Shown: positions 45,892-56,617 of the stretch, piece by piece
Layout: the number at the start of each line of letters is the position of its first letter
How positions within the stretch are numbered: position 1 is the first letter of the stretch
Assembly (NCBI GenBank): GCA_038143065.1
Contig: JAYQLI010000035.1
Span: 1,312,894 to 1,376,893, forward strand
Reading direction: 5' to 3'
Length of the DNA stretch: 64,000 nt
From: Rhodospirillales bacterium
GTDB lineage: Bacteria > Pseudomonadota > Alphaproteobacteria > Bin95
Position numbers and translations under genes: made by a program
Notes under the pieces: model-generated
What the model saw: the letters and a program-made list of their open reading frames with translations, nothing else
Databases searched by the model: none
Told to the model about the DNA's origin: nothing

Positions 45892-46332
45892 ATGTCCATG
45901 AACAAACTTTTTTCCAGCTTAATCATCATAGCCACTCTTTCTGTGTCTGCTTGTACAGATGTGGTGTCAACTCACGGCCATGTTCTTCAAAGGGCTACTC
46001 TTGACGATGTACGCCCCGGTGTAGCCACAAAACAAGACATTCAAAACAAACTAGGACATCCCACCTCGACCGGCGCCTTTGATGCGAGCGTTTGGTATTA
46101 CATCAGTCAGGTCAGGATACGCCGTTCCTTTTTTAACCCAGTAACAGCCCAACAGCGGGTTCTAGTGATGCGTTTTGATGCTAACGACATCCTTGAAAAG
46201 ATCAGTATGTTGGATGAAGAAGAAAGCCAAGAGGTTACCCTAGTTTCTCGGCAAACACCCACAGCAGGCCATAAATTATCTATCCTTGAACAACTTCTCG
46301 GAAATGTTGGTCGATTTGTGAAGAAAGAATAA
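45892..46332 (+). CDS. bamE: Outer membrane protein assembly factor BamE (lipoprotein)
   Basis: VSAC lipobox, HG, LG.P, WYYIS, TPT.G....EQLLGN.G. Confidence 0.9.
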   Translation: MSMNKLFSSLIIIATLSVSACTDVVSTHGHVLQRATLDDVRPGVATKQDIQNKLGHPTSTGAFDASVWYYISQVRIRRSFFNPVTAQQRVLVMRFDANDILEKISMLDEEESQEVTLVSRQTPTAGHKLSILEQLLGNVGRFVKKE

Positions 46333-46349
46333 AGTCGACAGTCATTTAC

Positions 46350-46378
46350 AAAATAAACGGGACTCAGTGAGCCCCGTT
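46350..46378 (-). terminator. Intrinsic terminator on the minus strand, downstream of the NCS2 permease (possibly bidirectional)
   Basis: AACGGGGCTC-ACT-GAGTCCCGTT-TATTTT. Confidence 0.7.
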
Positions 46379-46489
46379 CATAAGATCCATAACTACCTCC
46401 GAGAGCTAATACTCAAATGTTAGTTGCGCAATTAAACTCTCGGAGCTCTGTTATTTTCCATAGGCAGTCACAACCCACCTATTGGATGT

Positions 46490-47801
46490 TTAAGGTAGAA
46501 AGATAAACTTCAGAATAAATAGTCCTGCTAGTACCAACACAGCAGGGCTCGCCTCGCTGTATTTTCCACTGGCAATCTTAATTATTCCATAAAGTGTAAA
46601 TCCAATTGCAATCCCATGTGCAATTGAAAAGGTCAGAGGCATTGCTATGGCCGTCACCACAGCGGGAGCTGCTTCGGTAACGTCCTCCCACTCCACATCA
46701 GCAATGCTGCCAGCCATCAAACAGGCAACATATAATAAAGCAGGAGCCGTTGCGTAACCTGGAATAGATTGAGCAAGTGGCGCAAAGAAAAGTGCCAGCA
46801 AGAAGAGAACTGCTACTGTCACAGCCGTAAGTCCAGTTCGACCTCCAGCATCAATACCAGCTACACTTTCGATGTAGGAAGTTGTGGTTGAAGTGCCTAA
46901 GCCAGCACCTACGACGGTTGCGGTGGAATCAGCAGTAAGAGCACGACCAAGACGCGGAAGTTTTCCCTCTGAGTCTAGTAGTTTTGCCCGATGGGCTGAA
47001 CCCCCCAGCGTTCCTGCAGTGTCAAAAAGATCAACAAAAAGAAAGGCAAAAACAATGCCTATCATACCGCCCGTAAGAGCGGCTGAAATATCCATCTGCA
47101 TGAATGTTGGGGCGATAGCAGGGGAGCAGAGACAATACCCTTGAATTCACTGACCCCAAGAACAACACCAATGATGGTCACTACTAAGATCCCAATAATC
47201 ACAGCACCAGGAATTTTTCGAGCAGCTAGCGCAACAATAAGAACAAATCCAATTGCGGCCAGAAGCGCCTCAGTTTTTCCCAAGTCGCCTAGTGTGACGA
47301 GCGTAGCAGGATGATCGACAACAACCCCTGCATTTTTAAGAGCAATGATCGCGAGAAAAAGACCAATCCCTGCCGCAATCGCCATTTTCATACTGCGAGG
47401 GATTGCATTGATAATCCATTCACGTACTGGCAACACAGAAAGAAGGAGGAATATGACACCAGAAACAAAGACAGCGCCTAAAGCTGCTTGCCAAGTGTGG
47501 CCCATCCCAAGCACCACTCCGTACGCAAAAAGGCGTTTAGCCCCATACCTGGTGCAAGAGCTATCGGATAATTCGCTGCAAAACCCATAATTGCACAACC
47601 GATTGCGGCGGCTAAACAGGTTGCGACAAACACAGCGCCGAAGTCCATTCCTGCATCAGACAAAATTGCAGGATTAACAAACGTTATATAGGCCATGGTA
47701 AGAAACGTGGTCAGACCCGCTATTACCTCTGAGCGGAGAGTGACCCCATGCTGCCGAAGGGCGAAAAGCTTCTCTATCAAGTTTCCATTCCTTTCAGTCA
47801 T
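46490..47801 (-). CDS. NCS2/AzgA-type purine permease; two frameshifts (about 47528 and 47122)
   Basis: E..AGLTTFLTMAYI..VNP, APGMGLNAF, DLFDTAGT, TSTTTSYIES..G...GGRTGLT, MPLTFSI. Confidence 0.93.
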
Positions 47802-48024
47802 AGATGTCGAAACACAACATTGTGTTAGATCGTATAGCAAAAAGTCAATATTTAGTAAAATTTCACTATTTTCAGCACAAATAAAATAAATCTTTTTTTA
47901 TTTTTCTCAGTAAAAACAACCTCTAATACTTCAATATTTCGATACGCTAACACTAACATTTAGCCATAATTTAATGCTAATTTTTTGCATGTGTGACCTA
48001 TCCTTGGAAAAGGAATTTCAACTA

Positions 48025-48780
48025 ATGCGGTTTGATGATCGGACATTGATAATTACGGGTGCCTCCTCAGGCATAGGTGCAGCAACAGCAAGGCAGGCGC
48101 TCAATGAGGGTGCTGCGGTAGTTGCTGTCGATGCAAACTCCAATGGGCTAGTTGAACTAAAAGAGCACGCTCCAGATCGTGTCCAGATCCTCGTTGGAGA
48201 CGTTTCTGAAGCTGCAGTTGCAAAAAATGGTGTTGAACTTGCACAAAATTTTGAAAAACCACTCAAAGGTCTGGTTACAGCAGCAGGTATAAGTGCGAGC
48301 GGTACATCTATCAGCGAATTCTCTGATCAAAAATGGGACGAAATTTTTCGAGTCAATGTCCGAGGGTCATGGGTATGGCTCAAAGCCGCCTTACCTGCAT
48401 TTGAGAAAACTGGAGGTGGCAGTGTGGTTTTCCTTGCTTCCCAACTAGCTTTTGGAGGAGGCAAGTTGAACGCAGCTTACATTGCTTCAAAAGGCGCAAT
48501 TGTTTCACTTACTAAAACAGCAGCGTTTGAACTTGCAGAGCAAGGAGTGCGCGTCAACGCAGTTGCTCCCGGAGCAATTGACACTCCGTTGCTTCATAGG
48601 GGAATGCAAAACCAAATAAACCCTGACGCCGCAATTTCATATTCTCAAAACCGCCACGCAATGAAACGCTTTGGAGAAGTCAACGAGATTGCAAGCCCCA
48701 TCCTCTATCTTCTTGGGGATGAGGCCAGTTTTATCACCGGCCACACCCTTTTAGCTGATGGCGGTTGGACAGCCAGCTAA
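48025..48780 (+). CDS. SDR-family NAD(P)-dependent oxidoreductase
   Basis: TGASSGIG, Y.ASKG, VRVNAVAPG.IDT, FITG..L.ADGG. Confidence 0.93.
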   Translation: MRFDDRTLIITGASSGIGAATARQALNEGAAVVAVDANSNGLVELKEHAPDRVQILVGDVSEAAVAKNGVELAQNFEKPLKGLVTAAGISASGTSISEFSDQKWDEIFRVNVRGSWVWLKAALPAFEKTGGGSVVFLASQLAFGGGKLNAAYIASKGAIVSLTKTAAFELAEQGVRVNAVAPGAIDTPLLHRGMQNQINPDAAISYSQNRHAMKRFGEVNEIASPILYLLGDEASFITGHTLLADGGWTAS

Positions 48781-48843
48781 GCCGGAATACTTTAAATCTA
48801 AAGCAGGTCTGACCTAGCCAGAAATAGACATTTTTTGATATTT

Positions 48844-50142
48844 TTAACTATGTCCAAACACCCGTTTGAAGATTAAATCCACATGTGCAAGTTGGCGCTC
48901 AGGATCAAAGGCTGCTTCGAGATCCTCGTCTGACACCTTTCCTGAAACTTCTGGGTCTGATTTTAAACGATCCAGGAAGTTGCCCCCATTTTTCCAAACC
49001 TCCATCGCGTTAGACTGCACCAAACGATAAGCATCTTCTCGACTTACGCCGGCTTGCGTTAACGCCAACAAAACATGTTGTGAGAACGCTAGACCGCCCA
49101 TACGATCCATATTTTCTTGCATTCTATCTGGATAGACGACCAACTTTTCAATCATTCCGGCTAAACGCATTAGAGCAAAGTCGAGAGTCACAGTAGCATC
49201 AGGTGCAAACATACGCTCAACAGAGGAGTGGGAAATGTCTCTCTCATGCCAAAGTGCGACGTTTTCCATCGCGGGAATGACCGCGGCACGAACAACACGT
49301 GCTAGACCGGTTAAATTTTCTGATAGGACCGGATTCCGCTTGTGCGGCATAGCAGAAGAGCCTTTTTGACCAGCGTGGAAAAATTCTTCCGCCTCCAAAA
49401 CCTCTGTCCGTTGTAAATGTCTAACCTCGGTCGCAATTCTTTCCACACTACTTGCAATTACTCCAAGAGTAGCGAAAAACATGGCATGTCGGTCGCGGGG
49501 AATAACTTGCGTGGATACAGTTTCAGGTACGAGTCCCATTTTTGAGGCAACATGAGCCTCAACTCGCGGATCAATAGAGGCAAATGTCCCCACCGGGCCC
49601 GATATAGCGCAAGTCGCAATTTCAGCGCGGCTTGCCAGCAGCCGCTCTCTATTTCGCTTAAACTCGGCATAGTGCCCAGCAAGCTTTAACCCAAACGTAG
49701 TAGGCTCCGCATGAATACCATGACTTCGGCCGATGGTTATCGTTCGCTTATGCTGAAAAGCCTGCTTTTCTAGCGCTAACAGGACTTTATCCAAGTCATC
49801 TAACAAAATATCTGTTGCACGCATTAGCTGTACAGAAAGACACGTGTCTAAAACGTCTGAGGACGTCATGCCTTGGTGCACAAAACGCGCTTCTGGCCCA
49901 ACGTATTCCGCAAGATTAGTTAAAAAGGCGATAACATCGTGACGCGTTTCAGCCTCAATTGCGTCAATGCGGGCAACATCGAACTGGCCGCGCTCCCAAA
50001 CAGCTTTTGCAGCATCCTTTGGCACCACACCAAGCTCTGCTTGGGCATCCATGGCGTGGGCTTCAATCTCAAACCAGATTTGAAATTTAGTTTCTGGCTC
50101 CCAGATAGAAGCCATTTCAGAACGAGTATATCTAGGGATCAT
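48844..50142 (-). CDS. purB: Adenylosuccinate lyase
   Basis: MIPRY, HDVIAF, GRSHGIHAEPTTFG, GSSAMPHKRNP, WHERDISHSS. Confidence 0.97.
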   Translation of the reverse strand: MIPRYTRSEMASIWEPETKFQIWFEIEAHAMDAQAELGVVPKDAAKAVWERGQFDVARIDAIEAETRHDVIAFLTNLAEYVGPEARFVHQGMTSSDVLDTCLSVQLMRATDILLDDLDKVLLALEKQAFQHKRTITIGRSHGIHAEPTTFGLKLAGHYAEFKRNRERLLASRAEIATCAISGPVGTFASIDPRVEAHVASKMGLVPETVSTQVIPRDRHAMFFATLGVIASSVERIATEVRHLQRTEVLEAEEFFHAGQKGSSAMPHKRNPVLSENLTGLARVVRAAVIPAMENVALWHERDISHSSVERMFAPDATVTLDFALMRLAGMIEKLVVYPDRMQENMDRMGGLAFSQHVLLALTQAGVSREDAYRLVQSNAMEVWKNGGNFLDRLKSDPEVSGKVSDEDLEAAFDPERQLAHVDLIFKRVFGHS

Positions 50143-50285
50143 CCGACGCGACTCCAAAAAAGCTGAAGAGAGGTTATCGCGGCCTGACAACTTATGGTCA
50201 ACGCGACCGCTTATCCTAGCTATTACATTGACAATAACGGTAACTCGCCCCCACCTATAGAGTTAGTCATTTAAGCGGAGTAGTT

Positions 50286-51211
50286 ATGCGTCTTTTATCC
50301 TCTATCGCCCTGATAATTTTATTGTCTACCTCTGGTGCCTCAGCTGATTATGAATCTGACCAAAGTGAGGTATGTGGCTACCTACCATATCGTCCTGCGG
50401 GCGAAGGTCGTTTTGGGCCATCGAGAGAGGAAACTCTGCCTGCAAAAATCGGGGGCAAGCGACATACGCATTAGCTCTTGACCTTTTGCGGCCGACTTTT
50501 CTTGCCGCAGAAGTCGCAGAAGATCTACTTGCTGGCCGTAGTATAGATGAAATTAAAGAATCGGCGGGCAGCGCTTTAAGTCTCGGGGAATACATGCTGC
50601 ATTCCGCTAAACATTTTGGTGAATCACCAAAACAGACCGAAAACGCAGATTTTCGTCGCCAATTAGCAGAATCCCGATCGAAAAATTTTCATTCAGTCTA
50701 CATGCTGTCAAAGACTAATTACGATGCAATTGTTCAGGAAATTATGAGCAAAAATAGTCCAAATATCGAAAAACTAATGGAAATATCAAAGGCTTGGCGG
50801 CCCGCTTATGCATTATTGGCTAAAGCTCAAGCAGATGACAAACGCATAGAATTACTTGCCTCTGATTTGGATATTGATGGCGTTCTCGAAAAAGAAGCAG
50901 AAGTATGTTTGGCACACGGTATCTACCTACTAGCTCTGGATGCCCCCGAAGCCGTTGGTAAGGCACAACGCTCAATAAAACGGTGGGATGCACGCCCACT
51001 GGTTAATGCGCGAACGTTACCGAAAGCTGCTCGAGCTCCATTTTTTGATAGAGAAGACGTCGGAGATGAACTAGCGACTAAAGTTTTAAAAATGAATTCT
51101 CAGAGCATCTCCATCGAGGAGTTTAGAGAGCTTTCCAAACTTTACGCTGAGTTTGTCGACACATCCAAAGTGCTGCATAACGCCATGCTAGAGAAAGAAA
51201 AACCCAAGTAG
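50286..51211 (+). CDS. Hypothetical secreted protein (about 308 aa); probable frameshift at the G run 50451-50455
   Basis: GGAG RBS, signal peptide MRLLSSIALIILLSTSGASA; one added G joins it to the long 50372-51211 frame; no family recognised. Confidence 0.6.
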
Positions 51212-51214
51212 AAA

Positions 51215-52191
51215 TTATCGGTGTTGAAAGCCTGCTTTTCCAGAAAAACAGGCTTGCCATCGGCGTTAAGCACTTCAACGCCTACCTCCCCAGCAATAGC
51301 CTCACCGATAATTGTTACAGAAATAGAATTGGCGTCCGCAACCTTCTTGATTGCTTCTCGTTGTGCCGGCGGTGCTGCAAAAACTATTTGATAGTCGTCT
51401 CCAGCTGAAACGGCCTGATCTAGGCTCCAGAAGCCCTGGCTGATTGCCTGTTTTGATGCATTGGACAGAGGTATCGAAGCCATATTTATTCTAAAACGAA
51501 CCCTGGAAGCATTTGAAATATGTCCGGCATCTGCAATCAAACCATCCGAAATATCCGCAGCGGCATTCACAAGACTAGATGCACCAATTGCAGCGCCAAA
51601 GCTCGCCGGTGGATCAGGCAGGCGAAAACGATTGGAAAGCCAAATCTTATCTTTCTCTGCAAGTTGCGGGACTTCGCCTTGAGCCACCAACAATCCAAGT
51701 CCCGCATCACCAATATTACCTGTTACCCAAAGGTCATCACCAACGCATGCACCATGCCGGGTTACCATACCTGAGCTAAGAACAGTCCCAAGAGCAGTGA
51801 TCGACGCTATTATTGGACCAGAGGTCGAAACAGTGTCCCCACCAAGAAGCAAAATACCATATTTATCTTGGTCTAACCGCAACCCATCAGCAAATTCAGA
51901 TACCCAGTCTTCGTTCCGTGCATCAGGCAAAGCTAATGTCAAAAGATACCCGGATGGACGTGCTCCTTTTGCAGCAAGGTCTGAGATGTTCGTGCGAAGA
52001 AGCCGCTGGGCAATCACTCCTGCCCGTTCATTAGGTAGAAAATGTACTCCCTCAACAATCGCATCAGTTGTTAGAATTAACTGTTTTCCAGGAGGCAAGT
52101 TATAAATCGCAGCATCGTCCTTAAGCTCAAGGCCTCCTGCTCCTGCCAAAGGAGCAAAATATCTAGAGATTAGATCGAACTCACCGGTCAT
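51215..52191 (-). CDS. thiL: Thiamine-monophosphate kinase; frameshift near 51238
   Basis: EFDLI, DDAA, EGVHF, N.SDLAAKGA, GGDT, DISDGL, GDDY; corrected end GFQHR*. Confidence 0.95.
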
Positions 52192-52229
52192 TTGGAATTC
52201 TTTTTAGCTTTAAGTTACCTACCTATAGC

Positions 52230-52706
52230 TTAAAATTCATCTGGCCGAACCAAGTGAGCAATGCGATCAAGTGCTGCGTTCACAAGCGATGCCTCGGGTT
52301 GACCAAAAAAATCGTCTGCAATGTCAACATACTCACTTATAGTTACCTTTGGTGGAGCTTCGCCAATTGCTAAAAGTTCTGCTGCACCGGCCACTAAGAT
52401 TGCTTGGAGGATTAACTCCATTCTTTCTAGACGGCGGTTCTCAAGAGCATTCTGCAACAATTGGATCAGCCGTTCCCCGTTGTCTTCTATGGCCTGAATG
52501 ATGGAGCCATAGAAATTTTTATCGGCAACTAAAGACATTCCATCTACATTTTGCCCCAAATAATGTTTGCGCATCTCCTTGGCAGCACCGGCCAGTGGCT
52601 TATGGACGATTTCGGCCTGATATAGAGTTTGGACTGCGGCGACACGAGCAATCCTTCGGTGGCTGGCTGAGCGGACGACTGATTGATCTTGATCCGCAGC
52701 ACTCAC
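52230..52706 (-). CDS. nusB: Transcription antitermination factor NusB (start approximate)
   Basis: RR.ARVAAVQ.LYQ, V.ISEYVDIA..F, VNA.LD; between ribH and thiL. Confidence 0.92.
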   Translation of the reverse strand: MSAADQDQSVVRSASHRRIARVAAVQTLYQAEIVHKPLAGAAKEMRKHYLGQNVDGMSLVADKNFYGSIIQAIEDNGERLIQLLQNALENRRLERMELILQAILVAGAAELLAIGEAPPKVTISEYVDIADDFFGQPEASLVNAALDRIAHLVRPDEF

Positions 52707-52707
52707 G

Positions 52708-53211
52708 TCAGAGACCGCCACGAAAACGACGTTTCATCGCTATCATGCCAAGACACGCAAGCGCAGCCTCTCGGCCTTTATTCTTCTGATCAACATTAGC
52801 ACGGACAAGGGCCTGTTGCTCATTCTCACAGGTAAGCAAACCAAAGCCAACTGCCAATCCACGGTTCACAGTTAAGTCCATCAACCCTCGCGCCGTTTCC
52901 TGACAGATCAAGTCATAATGACTCGTCTCACCACGAAGAACACAACCAAGTGTTATAAATCCATCAAAGAGCTTCCCACCATCTCTTCGTGAAGCAGCCA
53001 ACATAACGGCAGCGGGCATTTCAAAAGCACCGCCGACACTTACTGCCTCAGAAGTAGCACCAAATTCAGCCAGAGTAGAGGTCGCTCCCTTTTCCAACTC
53101 ATCCACTATATGACGGTAGTACGGAGCAGTGATGATTAGAATGTGGGATCCATTTGCTGGGTCTAAATCTAAATAGTCAGAAGCGTCAGCCACGGGTAAA
53201 AAATCTCCCAA
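52708..53211 (-). CDS. ribH: 6,7-dimethyl-8-ribityllumazine synthase
   Basis: GAFEMP, LGCVLRGETSHY, GLLT, NKG.EAA. Confidence 0.93.
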   Translation of the reverse strand: MGDFLPVADASDYLDLDPANGSHILIITAPYYRHIVDELEKGATSTLAEFGATSEAVSVGGAFEMPAAVMLAASRRDGGKLFDGFITLGCVLRGETSHYDLICQETARGLMDLTVNRGLAVGFGLLTCENEQQALVRANVDQKNKGREAALACLGMIAMKRRFRGGL

Positions 53212-53234
53212 AAAAAAGTAAAATTAAATTAAGA

Positions 53235-54431
53235 TTAGCAGTCAGTGTTGCGCTCAAGCTCCCGAGTTTCAACAATATTAAGTCCGTAACCTTCAATGCC
53301 TACCACACGCCTTGGTGTGTTGGTTAGCAAAATGAGGTTCTTTACGCCTAACTCTATGAGAATTTGCGCACCCACGCCATAATCACGCAATTGCGCGCCA
53401 TCACCCCCATCGGCTTTTGCTCCTAACTCTGCCGTAATCCGCTCGGAAAGGTTAGTTGCTCTAGTTTCACGTATTAATACAACTACCCCTCTTTCAGCTG
53501 TGCCGATCATTTCCATTGCCTGCTGCAGCCCTCCGCCCCTTTGACGGTGGTGGTCGCCCAATAAATCTTCCAAAATATTGACAGCGTGCATTCGCACCAT
53601 CACAGGCGCATCGCCTTTGACATTTCCTTTGACTAAGGCAACGTGTTCGGTGCCTTCAAGAGTAGACCCAAAAACAACCATCCTAAAATCGCCACCAAAA
53701 CGGCTATGAAGTTCAGTTTCTACTACTCTCTCAATCGTTCGATCAAATCGACGACGATATGCGATAAGGTCAGCAATCGCTCCAATTTTCATCCCATGGT
53801 ATTGAGCAAACTTAATTAGCTCCGGGAGGCGTGCCATCGTGCCGTCCTCGTTCATAATTTCACATATGACACCTGATGGATTAAGCCCCGCGAGGCGAGA
53901 AATATCTACTGCTGCTTCAGTATGCCCTGCACGCACCAGAACCCCCCCATCTCTTGCTTGAAGGGGGAACACATGCCCTGGTGTAACTATATCTCCCGTT
54001 TTAGCTGATGGATCTATTGCGACAGAAATGGTCCGAGCGCGATCGGGAGCAGATATACCCGTTGTCACACCCTCGCGCGCCTCAATGGATACTGTGAAAG
54101 CCGTGGACTGCCGCTGACGGTTATCTTGAGGCATCAGAGGAAGGCTAAGTTCCTCAACTCGTTGAGAAGTCAATGAGAGGCAAATAAGTCCACGACCATT
54201 TTTTGCCATAAAATTAATAACTTCTGGAGTAGCCATCTGAGCGGGAATTACTAAATCGCCCTCGTTTTCACGGTCTTCATCGTCAACAAGAACGAACATC
54301 CGACCATTGCGAGCTTCATCAATAATCTCTTCGATTGGCGACAGAAACGCCATATCCTCTGAGGTACGCTTCATATCCTCGGCTAAATCCGCCGGGCTAA
54401 TACGCTGCATATCATTATGTTCGGCGGTCAA
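53235..54431 (-). CDS. ribB: DHBP synthase fused to a degenerate GTP cyclohydrolase II domain (RibBX type)
   Basis: DDEDRENEGD, TTGISA.DR, RAGHTEA, ICEI; C-domain VRMH lacks the Zn-binding Cys residues. Confidence 0.93.
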   Translation of the reverse strand: MTAEHNDMQRISPADLAEDMKRTSEDMAFLSPIEEIIDEARNGRMFVLVDDEDRENEGDLVIPAQMATPEVINFMAKNGRGLICLSLTSQRVEELSLPLMPQDNRQRQSTAFTVSIEAREGVTTGISAPDRARTISVAIDPSAKTGDIVTPGHVFPLQARDGGVLVRAGHTEAAVDISRLAGLNPSGVICEIMNEDGTMARLPELIKFAQYHGMKIGAIADLIAYRRRFDRTIERVVETELHSRFGGDFRMVVFGSTLEGTEHVALVKGNVKGDAPVMVRMHAVNILEDLLGDHHRQRGGGLQQAMEMIGTAERGVVVLIRETRATNLSERITAELGAKADGGDGAQLRDYGVGAQILIELGVKNLILLTNTPRRVVGIEGYGLNIVETRELERNTDC

Positions 54432-55027
54432 GTGAGATCCTCCGTCTCGAGAAGGCGTTTAACGTACCTTGCCAGCATATCAATTTCTAGATTGACACGA
54501 GACCCAACTTTGAAATCACCAAAAGCAGTATGCTCCATGGTGTGCGGAATAATGGCGACATGAAAACTATCATTATCAGCGCCGTTTACGGTGAGTGACA
54601 CTCCGTCGACGGCAATCGAACCTTTCTCTGCGATAAATCTTAACAGAGGTTTTGGAGCTAAGAAGAAAATCCGCCATGCGTCGCCATCTTGCCTGATGTC
54701 TTGAACTTCTCCAACACCGTCTACGTGACCCGAAACAATATGGCCCCCAAGCTCTTGGCCTAAGGTCAATGATCTTTCTAAATTGATCCGGGTTCCCTCA
54801 GTCCAACTACCCAGAGTTGTACGCGCAAGAGTTTCGTTTGAACTGAAGAAGGCAAGCTTGTTAGGATCTATTTCCGTAACAGTATGGCATGCACCAGAAA
54901 GAGCAATTGAGGCGCCAAGCTCAACTGTGCTGGTATCGTAAACGGTCGCAACAAAGATACGAGCGCCCGCTTCGTCGCGCGTTATTTTTTCGACGCGGCC
55001 AACGTCGGAGACTAGCCCCGTAAACAT
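54428..55027 (-). CDS. ribE: Riboflavin synthase
   Basis: MFTG, G.SIA..G.C.T, NLER, GGH.VSGHVD, KGSIAVDGVSLT, IIPHT, VNLEID. Confidence 0.95.
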   Translation of the reverse strand: MFTGLVSDVGRVEKITRDEAGARIFVATVYDTSTVELGASIALSGACHTVTEIDPNKLAFFSSNETLARTTLGSWTEGTRINLERSLTLGQELGGHIVSGHVDGVGEVQDIRQDGDAWRIFFLAPKPLLRFIAEKGSIAVDGVSLTVNGADNDSFHVAIIPHTMEHTAFGDFKVGSRVNLEIDMLARYVKRLLETEDLT

Positions 55028-55036
55028 CAAAACTTC

Positions 55037-56161
55037 CTATTCTGTAGCCACATAGAGATCTACGCAGTCATCTTCTATAATTTGGGTATCATACCTGACA
55101 AATCTAGGGCCATCTGCTACACGAGCTAGCCCCAGAGGACCTATCGCCGCAAGTCCATCAGCTCCAATAATTTGAGGTGCTCGAAAAGCATAAACTCGGT
55201 CTACCAGACTATTTGAAAGAAAAGATGTCGCAACAGATGCGCCCCCTTCTATCAGCAACCGTGTTATTCCTTGCTCAGCCAATACGGCTGAAACAGCTTT
55301 TACATCTACATGGCCAGAATTAGTTGAAGGTATTTCAAATACCTGCACACCCAAAGCCTCTAACTTCGATGTTCGGTTTTTATCTTTTGAGACTGTGAAG
55401 ACCCAAGTTTTCTGATTTTTTGCTCGAGCAATAACATCGAGTTCAGTGTAATTTGCTAACTTGAGCTGTGAGTCCAAAATAACACGGACAGGGGAAGCCT
55501 TACCAAAACCAGAAATGCGACAATCAAGGCGCGGATTATCAGCAATTGCTGTCCCAACTCCAATCAATATTGCGTCATGACTGGCGCGGAGGAGATGACC
55601 ATGTCGTCTAGATTCCGGTCCAGTAATCCACTTACTATCCCCTGTCACTGCAGCCACTCTTCCATCGAGGCTCATTGCTGTTTTCATTGCTATCATCGGA
55701 CGGCCACGCAAAACTCGGGAAAGAAACCCTGCTTGGTCAAAACGTGCGGCATGCTCAGACAATCCCTGCTCGACCTTCACGCCTGCTTTTTCCAGAGTTT
55801 GGAAGCCTTGCCCTGCTACTCGCTCATCTGGATCTAAAAGAGCAGCAACAACTCGGCTTACGCCAGCTGAAATTAAGGATACGGCACAAGGGGGCGTTTT
55901 TCCAAAATGACTACAGGGTTCAAGCGTCACGTAAACGGTGCCACCTCTCGCCCGCTTTCCGGCACGCAGCAATGCCTCAGTTTCTGCATGCGGACGACCT
56001 CCAGCCTGTGTCCAGCCGCGACCGGCTATTGCACCATGACTGTCGACAATTACACACCCAACTGCAGGGTTTGGCCAAACAAGGCCAAGGCCACGACGCC
56101 CTAATGCAAGAGCGGTCGCCATGTGGCCCTTATCGGCCGAGCTAAACTTGTTATTCGACAT
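55037..56161 (-). CDS. ribD: Riboflavin biosynthesis deaminase/reductase RibD
   Basis: [36 protein letters not shown]. Confidence 0.96.
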   Translation of the reverse strand: MSNNKFSSADKGHMATALALGRRGLGLVWPNPAVGCVIVDSHGAIAGRGWTQAGGRPHAETEALLRAGKRARGGTVYVTLEPCSHFGKTPPCAVSLISAGVSRVVAALLDPDERVAGQGFQTLEKAGVKVEQGLSEHAARFDQAGFLSRVLRGRPMIAMKTAMSLDGRVAAVTGDSKWITGPESRRHGHLLRASHDAILIGVGTAIADNPRLDCRISGFGKASPVRVILDSQLKLANYTELDVIARAKNQKTWVFTVSKDKNRTSKLEALGVQVFEIPSTNSGHVDVKAVSAVLAEQGITRLLIEGGASVATSFLSNSLVDRVYAFRAPQIIGADGLAAIGPLGLARVADGPRFVRYDTQIIEDDCVDLYVATE

Positions 56162-56609
56162 CCTCGTCGAGGCCGCCAATAAAGTCCTCAAAGTCTTTTG
56201 CTTCACGGAAATTCCGATAAACAGAAGCAAATCTTACATACGCAACAGAGTCTAGTGATCTAAGAGCTTCCATAACCACCTCACCCACCGTTGCGGCAGG
56301 GATTTCTGTTTCCCCCATAGTTTCTAGTCTGCGCACCATCGAAGTAACAACACGGGCAACACGCTCTTCCTCAACAGGACGCTTGCGAAGCGCTATGCGT
56401 ATGGATCGCTCAATCTTATCACGATCAAAAGTCTCGCGCCGTCCAGAAGATTTAATAATAGTTAATTCGCGAAGATGAACACGCTCGAATGTAGTGAAAC
56501 GAGCCCCGCATTCAGTACAAGAACGACGCCTGCGAATAGCCGAATTATCTTCTGTGGGGCGGGAATCCTTAACTTGGGTATCAGGATGACTGCAGAAGGG
56601 ACAACGCAT
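56151..56609 (-). CDS. nrdR: Transcriptional repressor NrdR
   Basis: MRCPFC..DSR..RRRR.C..C..RFTTFE, ATP cone, [10 protein letters not shown]. Confidence 0.97.
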   Translation of the reverse strand: MRCPFCSHPDTQVKDSRPTEDNSAIRRRRSCTECGARFTTFERVHLRELTIIKSSGRRETFDRDKIERSIRIALRKRPVEEERVARVVTSMVRRLETMGETEIPAATVGEVVMEALRSLDSVAYVRFASVYRNFREAKDFEDFIGGLDEDVE

Positions 56610-56617
56610 ATTAAGTT

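Noticed and set aside
47802-48024. Purine or xanthine riboswitch before the NCS2 permease
   Set aside because: AT-rich divergent promoter DNA with no recognisable aptamer stems
51142-51214. Apparent 70-nt overlap of thiL with the orphan gene
   Set aside because: Caused by an A-run deletion; the corrected thiL ends GFQHR* at 51215
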